Assembly (NCBI GenBank): GCA_951406725.2
Contig: OX597815.1
Span: 168,082,001-168,146,000 of the forward strand
Direction: 5' to 3'
DNA length: 64,000 bases
Source of the DNA: Octopus vulgaris
Taxonomy: Eukaryota
The position numbers were made by a program, and so were the translations under genes. Shown piece by piece: positions 24,784 through 40,150 of the stretch; position 1 is the first letter of the stretch; each line of letters starts with the position of its first letter. The notes under the pieces are model-generated. The model was not told the origin of the DNA. It saw nothing but the letters and a program-made list of their open reading frames with translations, and made no database searches.

Positions 24784-25666
24784 ACAAGGTCTGATCAATA
24801 AGTATCCGGATTGTTGCCATAGTAACAAAGCTAAAGCTTGCAGAGTAAAGCCGCTGGACAAAGATTGACCTTGAACTCTGCTGTGCATGCGCACTAAGTT
24901 TTAACGATGTAGCTCACTTCTGCTGTTTACAGCAGTGCTTGGAAGGAAGGTGTGTAGTGTGTGATCGTCGCATTGACGGTGACAGAGAAAGTTGTCAATG
25001 CGATACCTGCTCAGAAGCCTACGCAGAGTTTCAGTAAGTGCATAAAGAGGAGTGTATAAGCCGCACACAAGTGTACGAGTGGTTTGGACGTTTCCAAGAT
25101 GGCCAAAAAATTGTCGATATTGACGAACGTTCTAGGAGACCCGCAAGCATCAGAACTGAGAAAAACATCGCAGTTGTATGTGCAACTGTGATGGGAAATC
25201 GTCGAATCACTACACGTGAGTTATCAGAGGATGTGCAGATTATTTACGGTTCATTTCATTCCATTATCAATGGAGATTTGGGTATGAGACGCGTGTCTAC
25301 CAAGTTTGTGCCAAAACTGCTTTCAGCTGACCAAAAAGACACTCGGGTTTCAGTTGCACAAGATCTCCTTCATTGTGTCGAGAACACTGAAAACTTTGCG
25401 TAAGCCTCTGAGCAGGTATCGCCAAGCTTTTGGCAAAATTTGATGCAGATTTTCTGCTCAGCTTTCTCTGTCATGGTCAATGTGACGATCACACGCTACA
25501 CACCTTCCTTCCAAGCTCTGTTGTAAACAGACGAAGTGAACTAGAACATTAAAACTTAGTGTGCATGCACAGCAGAATTTAAGGTCAATTTGTGCTAAGC
25601 AGCTTCACTTTGCGTGCTTTAGCTTTATTACTATAGCAACAGTCCGGATACTTATTGATCAGACCA
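24784..25666 (+). mobile_element. Non-autonomous mariner derivative with long inverted arms
   Basis: Arms ggtctgatcaataagtatccgga / tccggatacttattgatcagacc extend ~240 bp. ORF 25038-25403 is a mariner N-terminal HTH region (VYEWFGRF...DERSRRP...FVPKLL). Confidence 0.9.
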
Positions 25667-25712
25667 CTCTACTGTGTTGCATGTCTCGTTTATCCACTCA
25701 CCTTTATGTATG

Positions 25713-25759
<47 letters not shown>

Positions 25760-25761
<2 letters not shown>

Positions 25762-25902
25762 CTGTGTGGTAAGAAGCTTGCTTCCCAACCATATGGTCCC
25801 AGGTTTAGTTCCGCTGCGTGACACCTTGGACAAATATCGCCACAGGCCGATCAAAGCCTTGTGAGTGGATTTGGTAGACAGAAACTGAAAGAATTTTGTT
25901 GC

Positions 25903-25933
<31 letters not shown>

Positions 25934-26985
25934 TGTATGTATGTATGTATGGCATTAAGTGGAGGGACCGCATCAGTGATCTTGAAATATTGGAAGGCTC
26001 TCGATGTGAAAGTATAGAAGCTCTTGTGTTAAAGCAAAGGATCAAATGGAGTGGTCATCTGGTCAGAATGAAGGATTCAAGGATGCCAAAACAACTCTTT
26101 TATGGAGAGTTAGCTAAAGGAGAACGACCTCCACATAAACCAAAAACGAGGTATAAGGACTTGCTGAAGGCTTCCTTAAGAGATGCTTGCATCTCTCCTG
26201 ACACATGGGAAGGCATAGCTATTGTTCGAAGCAGGTGGAGAAGGATTGTGCATGAGGGGACATCCACTTTTGAGAAATCTCGAGTTGCACATGAGAAAGT
26301 AAGGAGGGATGTCAGGAAGGGCATCGCTGTTACACTTCCAGAAGGGAAGGGTCTTCCTTCGATGCTGACATGCAATGTCTGTGCGAGACCCTGCATCAGT
26401 AAAGCTGGACTCAAGAGTCATCTTCGTAGTCATAAAACGAGACAGATGAGTGACAACTGGTGGTGGTGTAACACACCATACTAATCATATCTGTCGGGCA
26501 TGTGAAAGAGAGTGTAATTCGGCAGGAGGACTTAAACGACATGCAAAGGTACATGAAGCCCAGTTACAACTACAGCCGGCTATTACCAGTAAAGGTTTTA
26601 GTTGCCAATTTTGTACAAGACATTGTAGATCTTTAGCTGGGCTAAAAAGTCACATTCGATCTCAGCACCAGTAACAGTTAAGCTTTGTGCAATGGCCATA
26701 CTCGATAACGAGGGGGCAGCCATAATGTATGTATGTATGTATGTATGTATGTATGTATGTATGTATGTATGTATGTATATGTGTGTGTGAGAGAGAGAGA
26801 GAGAGTATGTATCTTTGTGTGTGTGTGTGTGTGTGTGTGTCTTTGTGTCTGTTAATGCCCCCATCACCGCTTGACAACCGGTGCTGGTGTGCTTATATCC
26901 ATGTAACTTAGCGGTTCAGCAAAGGAAACTGATAGAATAAGTACTAGGCTTTAAAAGAAATAGTCTTGGGATTGATTTGTTCGAC
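25760..26985 (+). mobile_element. SINE family A split by an RTE insertion
   Basis: Head at 25760-25900 and 3' half at 26830-26985 flank the LINE fragment within the SINE's internal microsatellite. Confidence 0.8.
25950..26725 (+). mobile_element. 5'-truncated RTE-clade LINE (ORF C-terminus with C2H2 fingers, 3'UTR)
   Basis: IKWRDRISDLEIL...WSGHLVRMKDSRMPKQLFYGEL is typical of the RTE C-terminus. Three CxxC-12-H-3/4-H motifs, a frameshift near 26450, and flanking (TATG)n. Confidence 0.88.
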
Positions 26986-26986
26986 C

Positions 26987-27020
<34 letters not shown>

Positions 27021-27134
27021 TGTGTGCGTGTGTGTGTATTGTTTGCTCTTGTTTATTGTAATATGAGACCAACATTAATCAACGGTTCACTCAATAGGTT
27101 TTGAAAAAAAAGTATCACGTTTTTATCTACTTAC

Positions 27135-27270
27135 AAAGCAAATGTTGATTGCGGTTTCGAAGCGTCGTCGCCTTGGCGTTATAAAACTGACGCAGACAAC
27201 GGAAGTGAAACTTCAAAATCCTTAGTAATCTTTTGTTCGGAAATTATACATGGGAGTGCGTGCGTGCGCA
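27135..27270 (-). promoter_or_regulatory. Candidate OTC core promoter and short non-coding first exon
   Basis: Locally CpG-rich unique sequence. Minus-strand Inr-like TCAGTT (27190-27185), ETS core CGGAAGT (27200-27206), and an ATG-free 54-nt segment ending TTT|GTAAGT at 27134. Confidence 0.4.
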
Positions 27271-27559
27271 TGTGTGTGTATGAGTGTGAGTGTGTGTGTG
27301 CGCGCGCAGAGTTGGCGAGAGAAAATAGCGAGAGAGGGTGTGATTTAATTACAAACCTCAGTGCTACATGGTGGTTTTATTGTTTAACTGCAACGATAAT
27401 CACAGTTAATTGAAGTCTTTTGTTTTGTTTTGTGTTTTTTTTTAGCTCACCTATCATCTGTATAATGTATTTAGTAAGCAGAATTGTCCAAAGGTATTTT
27501 CCCACAACCCTGTTATTTAAACGCACGCACACATACGCACGCGCACACGCACAAACATG

Positions 27560-27620
<61 letters not shown>

Positions 27621-28321
27621 TGAAACGCACGCGCGCACACACACATATACACTCATACACACGAACGCACACACGCACATACACACGTACACACACACAC
27701 CCAAACTTACACACCACAAACGTACAAACATGCATACATATACACACATATAAACATACATACATACATACATACATGTGCGCATGCATGTATTCATATA
27801 TGCACTTATACAAATGCACATGTTTACATTAATAGATAAATACACACGCATATACATATATACACACACGCATACATACACACATATATGTATACAAACA
27901 CGTGGGTATTTTGACTCAGTATTTTGCAATTTGACAGTTCTCTACATATAATTTCGTCAGGTTTTTTTTTCGGAACCAAGGCACTGAAGAGGCTTGTATA
28001 CATAGATAGGAATTTATTTTTATAAATTAACTAATGTATATAAGTCGAAACAAATTGCTGGTTTTATTTGGGTTTTTTTTTTTCCATTTGTTGTTAATTT
28101 ATATTTTTTATTATATTGTAATGTAAATTATATTATTATAATGTAAATTATATAATATCATAATGTTAGTTTGTCAATTGCATTTCTCTATCTCATTTAA
28201 TATTTGTATTTACCCCCGTTTATCTGTGGTATTCAGCTGTTGTACCAGTGAATTGGATGTTTTACATCTCTTTGAAAGAATTGTTTTTTTGCTTCGTTTG
28301 ATTTATACTAGTTTATATGTG

Positions 28322-28525
28322 TAGTTGATCCAAACATGAACAAAGAGAAAACACAACAACGCGAGGACGTGGAACAAGTATAGTGTTATTGGACGCTCAG
28401 GAAAGGAAAGAAAGAAGGGGGATTTGACGTTTCGAGCGGAGCTCTTCGTCAGAAACATAGAAAAAGGAAAGATCCATGGAAGGGAAGACGGAGAAAGAAA
28501 ATCGCCAACGATACACACGTGGTCA
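28322..28525 (-). mobile_element. Penelope-type short element containing a minimal hammerhead
   Basis: Best-preserved copy of the 8970/10490/44510 family. Confidence 0.7.
28422..28456 (-). ncRNA. Minimal type I hammerhead ribozyme motif
   Basis: GTTT-CTGACGA-A-GAGC-TCC-GCTC-GAAAC-GTC-AAAT: intact core, 4-bp stems I and II, and palindromic ACGT in place of stem III. Confidence 0.7.
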
Positions 28526-28575
28526 TACACACACGCACACACACACTCACACGCACACACATATATATAGGTATG

Positions 28576-28609
<34 letters not shown>

Positions 28610-28667
28610 TGTATGTATGCATGTATGTATGTATGTATGTATGTATGTATGTATGTATGTATGTATG

Positions 28668-28701
<34 letters not shown>

Positions 28702-28789
28702 TGTGAAATACTTATAAATTATTTATTAATTGTAAATTTTACAAAAATATGGACGAAAGGAAAGCTTTTAGTGTGCGGTTTTATTTAAA

Positions 28790-29210
28790 ATTTGATTTGG
28801 GCTCCAGATGTCGCCACCAGCTTCTTGAGTCGCCCAGGAATTGTGTCAAATGATTTCACCAGAAACTCTTGTGGGATGGGAAAAAACATAACCTCACATA
28901 TTCGCCCTTCAAGTTCTTCCAAAGCCTTTGGTTAGGTACAGTAGACTTGTTCCTTTAGCCAATCCCAAAGAAAGAAGTCACAGGCCATTAAGTTGAGGCT
29001 TCTGGCTGGTCACTCATGCGGACAACAATGATCCATCCATCACCTGGGAAAGTGGGCATTCAGCCATTTGTGAATGACAAGAACAATACAATTAAAGAAT
29101 AAATTCTTTATATTTCAAAATACAAACACAAAAAAAATTGAGAAAAATATTACAATTAATAAATAATTTATAAGTATTTTAAAATAGGGGATGACTTTTC
29201 AGTTACCCTG
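28790..29210 (-). pseudogene. Tc1/mariner transposase C-terminal fragment
   Basis: Minus strand reads ...PARSLNLMACDFFLWDWLKEQVY..., a decayed WPxRSPDLxPxDFFLWGxLKxxVY motif. A terminus-like ccctg|TA lies at ~29210. Confidence 0.7.
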
Positions 29211-29507
29211 TATATATTAGACTACTCGTGACATAGCCTTGAAGACCTCTTGTTCTCCTAAAGAAGTCTGCTATGTTGTTATACAGGAGAACTGCGCAAT
29301 TTGAATTTCTACAGTGCTTGACTCACTCGGATGAAGTTGCTGTCGAAGCTGAAATGCTTCATTATTTGCCACCAAATCTTATGCCAGACACAGTTAAAAG
29401 ACTTTTTTGAAGTTAATGAAGTTGAAGTTTGGGTTACATGGCATTGGAGATGTTTCTCGCTCTGCAATCTGGAGTTAGATATCTGCTTTGATGTATTTAC
29501 TGTTTTA

Positions 29508-29704
29508 ATCTTTACTTGTTTCAGTCATTTGACTGTGGCCATACTGGAGCACCGCCTTTAGTCGAGCAAATCAACCCCTGGACTTATTCTTTGTAAGCCT
29601 AGTACTTATTCTATCGGTCTCTTTTTGCCGAACAGCAAAGTTACGGGGACGTAAACACGCGAGCACCGGTTGTGAAGCGATGTTGGGGGATAAACACAGA
29701 CACA

Positions 29705-29798
<94 letters not shown>

Positions 29799-29976
29799 CA
29801 TATGCATATATACGACGGGATTCTTTCAGTTTCTGTCTACCAAATCCACTCACAAGGCTTTGGTCGGCCTGAGGCTATAGTAGCAGACACTTGCCAAAGG
29901 TGTCACGCAGTGGGACTAAACCCAGAACCATGTGGTTGATAAGCAAGCTACTTACCACACAGCCACTCCAGCGCCT
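29508..29976 (-). mobile_element. SINE family A with long (CA)n
   Basis: Full head and tail homology to the other copies. Confidence 0.85.
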
Positions 29977-30694
29977 ATAATCCGAATTCTGCCCGTTCTT
30001 CTACGAATATTTCTTTCACCTTTCATTTAAACCTGCTTACGAGAATTGTCGGCAACGCTGTACTGGGTAGGTAATCAAACTAAAGGTTCTTCTATACTGG
30101 CAAAGTATTAGGTCCGTTTCGTTGGAAAGAGTATCGCGAAGGATTGGGTTCATTTTCTTCCCACTACTTTGTTTCGCATTTCCTCTATATCGATGAATAA
30201 TGGTTTATCATATTTCAGGGGCTCTGCTAGGATGTTGCCAATTTCTTGTGGTTTTCCTTCTTTGAGCATGCGCATCGTTTCTTCAACTCCGTTATGGTGT
30301 ATCCGAGCATGCACAAGTCCTCTGTTGTTAATAGTGACATTATTCAGTGCGGTGGGGGTCATGATCAGCTTCTTATAATAGCAGTTCCAATTGCAACAGC
30401 TTTTAGTTGCTTCGCTTCTGTTAACATTTTGTGGGGGAGGTGTAGTGTGTGGGGAGTGTGGGTGTTTGTGTGGGCGTGCATATTGCGCGCGCTTGTGTCA
30501 AAAGTGGCCTTCCCGTTGTCATCTTTATCTCAGATTCGATGTTATCATGGTGTCTGTTTACCACTTTTCCTTGGTTTCCTTCATTTCATTTCTGAACTTC
30601 TCCAATTCACAGCGATGTGTAATCAAGCTGCTTCAGCATCTGTTCATTTGTTCTTGTTCAGAGCCTGTATTGTACCGCATAATAATAAATAAAT

Positions 30695-30940
30695 GCGCCC
30701 TTTTAAAGTCTAGCCAGGCTCATAGGCTCGGTTTCCCGGTTTATATGGCGTATGTGTTCCCCAGCTGGACGGGACGCCAGTCCATCGCAACGTTACTCAT
30801 TTTTGTCAGCTGTGTGGACTGCAGCAATGTGAAATGAAGTATTTTGCTCAAGAACACAACGCGTCGCCGGTCCAGGAATCGAAACCACAATCTTACGATC
30901 GTGATGTTGACACCCTAACCACTAAGCCACGCGCCTCTAC
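30695..30940 (-). mobile_element. tRNA-derived SINE, family B head with a different body
   Basis: Second copy at 51965-52213 (ggacggtacgccggtccgtcgcagg body). Confidence 0.75.
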
Positions 30941-31344
30941 ATTGTACCGCATACTTCCAGTATATCATCAGTGACCAGTTGTTGTTTTTTTTTGGTGGGG
31001 GGGTTCTTCTTTTCCCGAGTACTTCTAAAACTGATTCATGAAATGCTTCGTACATATTGTTAGTCAAGTTATTATTTTATAGTAAACTGAAGACTGCAGC
31101 ATACGATCCGACCACGTTGACTTCAGATACTACAGAATCTGAATCTTTCATTTTGTCAACATCGAATCTTATATGTGAAGTTTTTTTTATATATATATAC
31201 TGTAATGCCTCGATATACGAATTAATTCATTCCCAGAGATCGCTTGTAAAGCGAAAACTCGAAAAGTAGAGCATAATTTCTATAGTAGCAATGTTGTAAA
31301 TTATAAATCGATCCCAGAAAAATATTTTACCTTTAAAATTTATA

Positions 31345-31496
31345 GTGGCTGTGTGGTAAGTAGCTTGATTACCAACCACATGGTTCCGGGTTCATTCCCA
31401 CTGCGTAGCACCTTGGGCAAGTATTTCTACTATAGCTTCGGGCCGACCAAAGCCTTGTGAATGGATCTGGTAGACGCAAACTGAAAGAAGCCCGTC

Positions 31497-31570
<74 letters not shown>

Positions 31571-31785
31571 ATATGTTTGTGTGTCTGTGTTTGTCCCCCA
31601 ACATCGCTTGTCACCAGATGCTGGTGTGTTTACGCCCCCGTAACTTAGCGGTTCGGCAAAAGAGACCGATAGAATAATTGCTAGGCTTACAAAGAATAGG
31701 TCATGGGGTCAATGTGCTTGACTAAAGGTGGTGCTCCAGCATGGCCACAGTTAAATTACTGAAACAAGTAAAAGAGTAAAAGAGT
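31345..31785 (+). mobile_element. SINE family A
   Basis: Head, internal (TA)n and tail all present. Confidence 0.85.
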
Positions 31786-32823
31786 AATACTCGTAAATAA
31801 ATGGCAATAAAACAACAATAGATAGTAAAGAGCAAAAAGAATGTCAAGATAACTTATGATAAAAAATATTATTATTATTATCGTTTTCTGAATCACTTTC
31901 ACTCGCACTAGACTCATGCATACCATTACTTGTAGACGCAATCACTGATTCACAAGCACTCATAGACGGACTTATAGATTTCTAATTAAAAATCAAGTTT
32001 AGAGTTGTTTGCTTAGAAGAAGATTTTTTTTTCGCTCTCTCTAAATTTCTCGATAACATGCAGAAGCATTTGTTTTAGTAGTAGAAACTTTTGCACTTCG
32101 TTCAAAATTTGGATCTTGCGCTTGAAAAATTTCAGCTCGACATACAAAACTGAGTTGAAAAATAAAACTCATAAACCCGGTGTTTCGTAAGGTGAGGTAT
32201 TACTGTATCTTTATCAGCTTGAATTTGAATGTCAGCAGTACTTTCTAATGATCACAGGTGACACATCCACAGCAGTGAAGGCCCAGGACATTAATTTTTG
32301 GTGAGAGAGGACGTGGACAAGTTGGTTATCTTCTAGTGGGTAATGAAATTTCCAAATATGCTAATATTCTCTGAACAGCAAGGCTAGATCTAAACAGAGA
32401 TACTAGCGGAACGATTCTGAAGATATATCTGTTATATCTTATTGTCTTTAAAGAAAAGAGGAACACATTGTACATTTTAGTTTCTGATATCCAAAAGTGA
32501 AATGGTCACAATTTGAACATCTTTGATAAAAGCCTGCTTGACCAAAGAAGATCCGTAGTAAAACGACAGCAATATTATAGAGGTAAATTCACAGATTTTT
32601 TTAAGTCATTGAATGTCGTGAAATAAAATTCCTAGGAAGCAATACTTTATTGTTTCTTATTTCGGTAGAAGATTTAGAATCTTTCGGTGGGGTTAGTACA
32701 AACAATATTTGATTCCGAATGCTGTAAAAAAAATACATTATCGTGGTTTGGCCCTAAGTTTGCTCTGATCAAGCAAGCACTATAACCTTGACCTCGTCTA
32801 GTTAAAGATATCTAGTACTGAAT

Positions 32824-33205
32824 AAGGCGGCGAGCTAGCAGAATCGTTAGCGCGCCGGGCGAAATGCTTAGCGGTATTTCGTCTACCGCTACGTTCTGAG
32901 TCCAAATTCCGCCGAGGTCAACTTTGCCTTTCATCCTTTCGGGGTCGATTAAATAAGTACCAGTTATGCACTGGGGTCGATATAATCGACTCAATCCGTT
33001 TGTCTGTCCTTGTTTGTTCCCTCTGTGTGTAGCCCCTTGTGGGTAGTAAAGAAATAGGTATTTCGTCTGCCGCTACGTTCTGAGTTCAAATTCCGCCGAG
33101 GTCGACATTGCCTTTCACCCTTTCGGGGTCGATTAAATAAGTACCAGTTTGTCTGTCCTTGTTCGTCCCCTCTGTGTTTAGCCCCTTGTCGATAGTAAAG
33201 AAATA
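32824..33205 (+). mobile_element. SINE family C with internal duplication
   Basis: The ggtatttcgtct...gtagtaaagaaatag block is repeated twice. Confidence 0.85.
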
Positions 33206-33339
33206 GATAACTAGTACTGAATTATCCAATGTGTCTTTATTTAAGACGGTAAGATTTGGTCTGAAAGAAATTTATATAGAATTCTAAGTAATTTTGTTTT
33301 GCGGCGTGAGGTATTTACTTTTACTTTTACTGGACACTT

Positions 33340-33915
33340 CGCTGGTCACGACGACTAGTGTTCCAGTTGATCTGATGAGCAAAACAGACTGGCCGTGAAA
33401 TTAACGTGCAATTGGCTGAACACTCCACAGACACGCGTAACTTTAACGTCGATCTCAGAGAGATTCAGTGTTATACAGAATGTGACAAGGGTGGTCCTTT
33501 GACTTACGGGTACAATTCATTTTTGCCAGCTGAGCAGACACGAGCAACATGAAATAAAGTGTCTTGGTTAAGAACACAACGCGCCGCCAGGAATCGAACT
33601 CACGACCTTACGATCGTGAGCCGATGACCCTAACCACGCGCTTTCACATGGTGTGTGATATAATGTCACACAATAGTTCTAAGGCGGCGAGCTGGCAGAA
33701 ACGTTAGTACGCCGGGCGAAATGCGTAGCCGTATTTCGTCTGCCGTTACGTTCTGAGTTCAAATTCCCCGAGGTCGACTTTGCCTTTCATCCTTTCGGGA
33801 TCGATAAATTAAGTACCAGTTACGCATTGGGGTCGATATAATCGACTTAATACCCTTTGTCTCTCCTTGTTTGTCCCCTCTATGTTTAGCCCCTTGTGGG
33901 TAATAAAGAAATATA
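33340..33915. mobile_element. SINE B (minus, 33340-33645) followed by SINE C (plus, 33681-33915)
   Basis: Homology to other copies. SINE C is flanked by a duplicated tataatgtcaYacaatagttct. Confidence 0.8.
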
Positions 33916-34589
33916 TAATGTCATACAATAGTTCTTTGCTGTAAATACATGGTAACTCTACGGCATAGTGTTGTTTTAGTAAGTCCAATATAAAACCCAG
34001 AGTCCTGAAATATGCAACTTTAAGGTTTTGTTAAATGTGTAGATAACATTGGTCATTCGTAGCAGCTTGTCCTCGATTTACATGCTTTTGACGTGTTATG
34101 GATAAGAAAGTTTTGGGATTTGGTGCTTTTTATTAGCACGCTATGAGTTTAAGTTTTTGGTCGGTGGGAATGCATTTTGTGTTATGTTTTACGGTCTTTT
34201 TCTCACCTTATCAGTGAAGCCTAATGACTGGAGTCTCTGAATTATTTATTCCCATATTACTCCTTTCATTGACGTACAGACTTGTAAAGGACAAGAATAG
34301 TTCAATGAATTTGCTCCTATATATGTGATGAGTATATATGCATCGAACATAATGGATTGTAAAGCTAGTGAACAACAGATTATAGTTCCTTATGTGTGCA
34401 TGTGTGAATGTGTTTCTGCATGGGTAAGCGGGTGTACTGTCTTCGACCTAATACTTTTTCATATTTCTACGTTTTCTCCCTTCTTTACTGATTCTCTGAA
34501 TTATTTTTTGCCATTCTCTCTGTCCATCAAGATTGTCGTCATATCATCCTTTGTAATAAATATTCTGTCTGTTACTTTTATTAATGTCT

Positions 34590-37520
<2,931 letters not shown>

Positions 37521-37717
37521 ATATCTTTTCAAAACTACTTTTTTTTTTTGTTCTTTTCTCTGTTTTTATAATGATATTTGCCTCTTTAGACAATATATGC
37601 CAATTAAACGTGACTCGAAAGCCACCTTGCTAACATGCATGTCTTCTATTGTTTACCTCACCCACCGCAAGCGCCTTCATTACCGGCCGCCACTGCCACC
37701 ACTACGAGAAAAGCTAT

Positions 37718-38720
37718 AGCGTATCTGAGGAGGGAATCGGGAACCTTTACGTAGTCGCTCGATCTCCTAGAAATAGCAGTCAAATCTTCCTCAAGTGACA
37801 CCCTTTATCGTTTTAGAAAAGAACGCGCTGGGTAATGTGGCTCTGGGTTTGCTGTACATGAGAAAAAAGATGAGATGGTCATAGCTGGAACGTCTTCGTT
37901 CATAGATCTACTCGATGAGAGCGTATCTAAGGAGGGAATCGGGAATCTTTACGTAGTCGCTCGATCTCCTAGAAATAGCAGTCAAATCTTCCTCAAATGA
38001 CACCCTTTATCGTTTTGGAAAAGAACGTGCTGGGTAATGTGGTTCTGGGTTTGTTGTACATGAGAAAAAAGATGAGATGGTCATAGCTGGAACGTCTTCG
38101 TTCATAGATCTACTCGATGAGAGCGTATCTAAGGAGGGAATCGGGAACCTTTACGTAGTCGCTCGATCTACTAGAAATAGCAGTCAAATCTTCCTCAAGT
38201 GACACCCTTTATCGTTTTAGAAAAGAACGTGCTGGGTAATGTGGCTCTGGGTTTGTTGTACATGAGAAAAAAGATGAGATGGTCATAGCTGGAACGTCTT
38301 CGTTCATAGATCTACTCGATGAGAGCGTATCTGAGGAGGGAATCGGGAACCTTTACGTAGTCGCTCGATCTCCTAGAAATAGCAGTCAAATCTTCCTCAA
38401 ACGACACCGTTTATCGTTTTGGAAAAGAACATGCTGGGCAATGTGGCTCTGGGTTTGTTGTACATGAGAAAAAAGATGAGATGGTCATAGCTGGAACGTC
38501 CTCGTTCATAGATCTACTCGATGAGGGCGTATCTAAGGAGGGAATCGGGAACCTATACGTAGTCGCTCGATCGATCTACTAGAAATAGCAGTCAAATCTT
38601 CCTCAAATGACACCGTTTATCGTTTTGGAAAAGAACATGCTGGGTTTGTTGTGCATGAGAAAAAAGATGAGATGGTCATTGCTGGAACGTCTTCGTTCAT
38701 AGATCTACTCGAAGAGAGCT
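37718..38720. repeat. 202-bp tandem array, ~5 copies
   Basis: Units start at 37718, 37920, 38122, 38324 and 38526, with high identity. Confidence 0.97.
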
Positions 38721-39378
38721 GAGCCGAGCTTAAAACGACGACGACGACGACGATGCTGACAACAACAACAACAACAACAGTAACAACCTATTTACCTCCC
38801 CGTGTCAGCACCATTGTCACCTAGCACTGTAAATACTTTTAAACCTCCACCGGCAACACTATCAATGTGCAAACCATTAACACCACCACCATCACCTCAA
38901 CCATCGCTTTTCTTTTTTTTTATTTTCTTTTTTTTTCAGCCCTTGTCTTTCTGTCAACTGCAACCACCACCACCGCAAAAGAAAAAAGCAACCATAACAA
39001 CAACACAACCAACAACAACTCCACTACACTACCACAGTAAACAACATCACATTTCAACTGCTACCACCCACTATCACCATCCCAGCCGCAAAACACTCCA
39101 CTACCAGTTATTACAACTATCACCAAACTAACAATGAAATGTCATTTTTCTAACTCTAACATCAATAATTTCTTTCCGCCCAGAGGCCTCCACAATTTTA
39201 ATTATTTTCTTTTCTTCGCTTCTTTCACTCAGTGGTGGTCGTGGTGATGAATAAACAGGGCTGATAATGTTTGTGGTGATGAGGGGTGAGGGTGGGGTGA
39301 GGGTGTGGTGGGCGGAAGATATTTTTTTTCCCAATGTTAGTTTTGCGGTTGCTTGCTTTCTACGTTTAAGTGTGACTC

Positions 39379-39418
<40 letters not shown>

Positions 39419-39611
39419 TGTGTGTCTGTGTGTGTGTGTGTGTGTGTGTGAGTGTGTGTGTGTGCGCGAAGGTGAAGGCAACCGCAAAATAGATTTGGGA
39501 AAATATGTATGCATATCCTTATGTATGTGTGTATAAAACAGTATAAATGCATTTATACGCATATACATACATACATACATACATGCGTATATATATATAT
39601 ATATATATATA

Positions 39612-40150
39612 TATGCCACCCCAGACACACTAGAATGAATATCCCTTACAACATGGCAAAAAGGATTTGTACTATAGTATCTAAATCTAATACAAGCACC
39701 AGGGACACACGACTATATGAGCTAAAGGATACACTCATCAGCAGGACCTAACCACTATCACTAATTGATTTAGGCTTTCAATGTGCCCTACAACTCAACA
39801 TCCACGAACTCAGACACCCCAAACTAAAAGATTTACAACCAAGAGCCCTGCCATATATATCCACGCGCAACACCCTAAACAACGAGGCCGTCGATGCCAT
39901 CCTCTAGAAAATCTCTTTACTAAAAGGGGACCATAGAATGGATCAAATCCTCCAAACGGATACCATCAATAAGAGCAAAAGACAGCCCAAGTCAATGAAA
40001 AGTCTTCGAACACAGGCCCAAGTACACTCGTCAACAACATGGAAACCGACAGTAAAAAAAAAAATGCGGAAGACCTAACTGTGGTATATGTGTCGGCCTA
40101 ATTGAGGGATCGGAATTCTCCTTCAAACAGGGTCGACGTTTTACGCAATA
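39612..40150 (+). pseudogene. Penelope-like element RT C-terminus/linker remnant
   Basis: CHPRHTRMNIPYNMAKRICTIVS...RLYELKDTL, then a CGRPNCGIC Cys motif (~40064), which precedes the GIY-YIG domain in Penelope-like elements. Confidence 0.75.
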
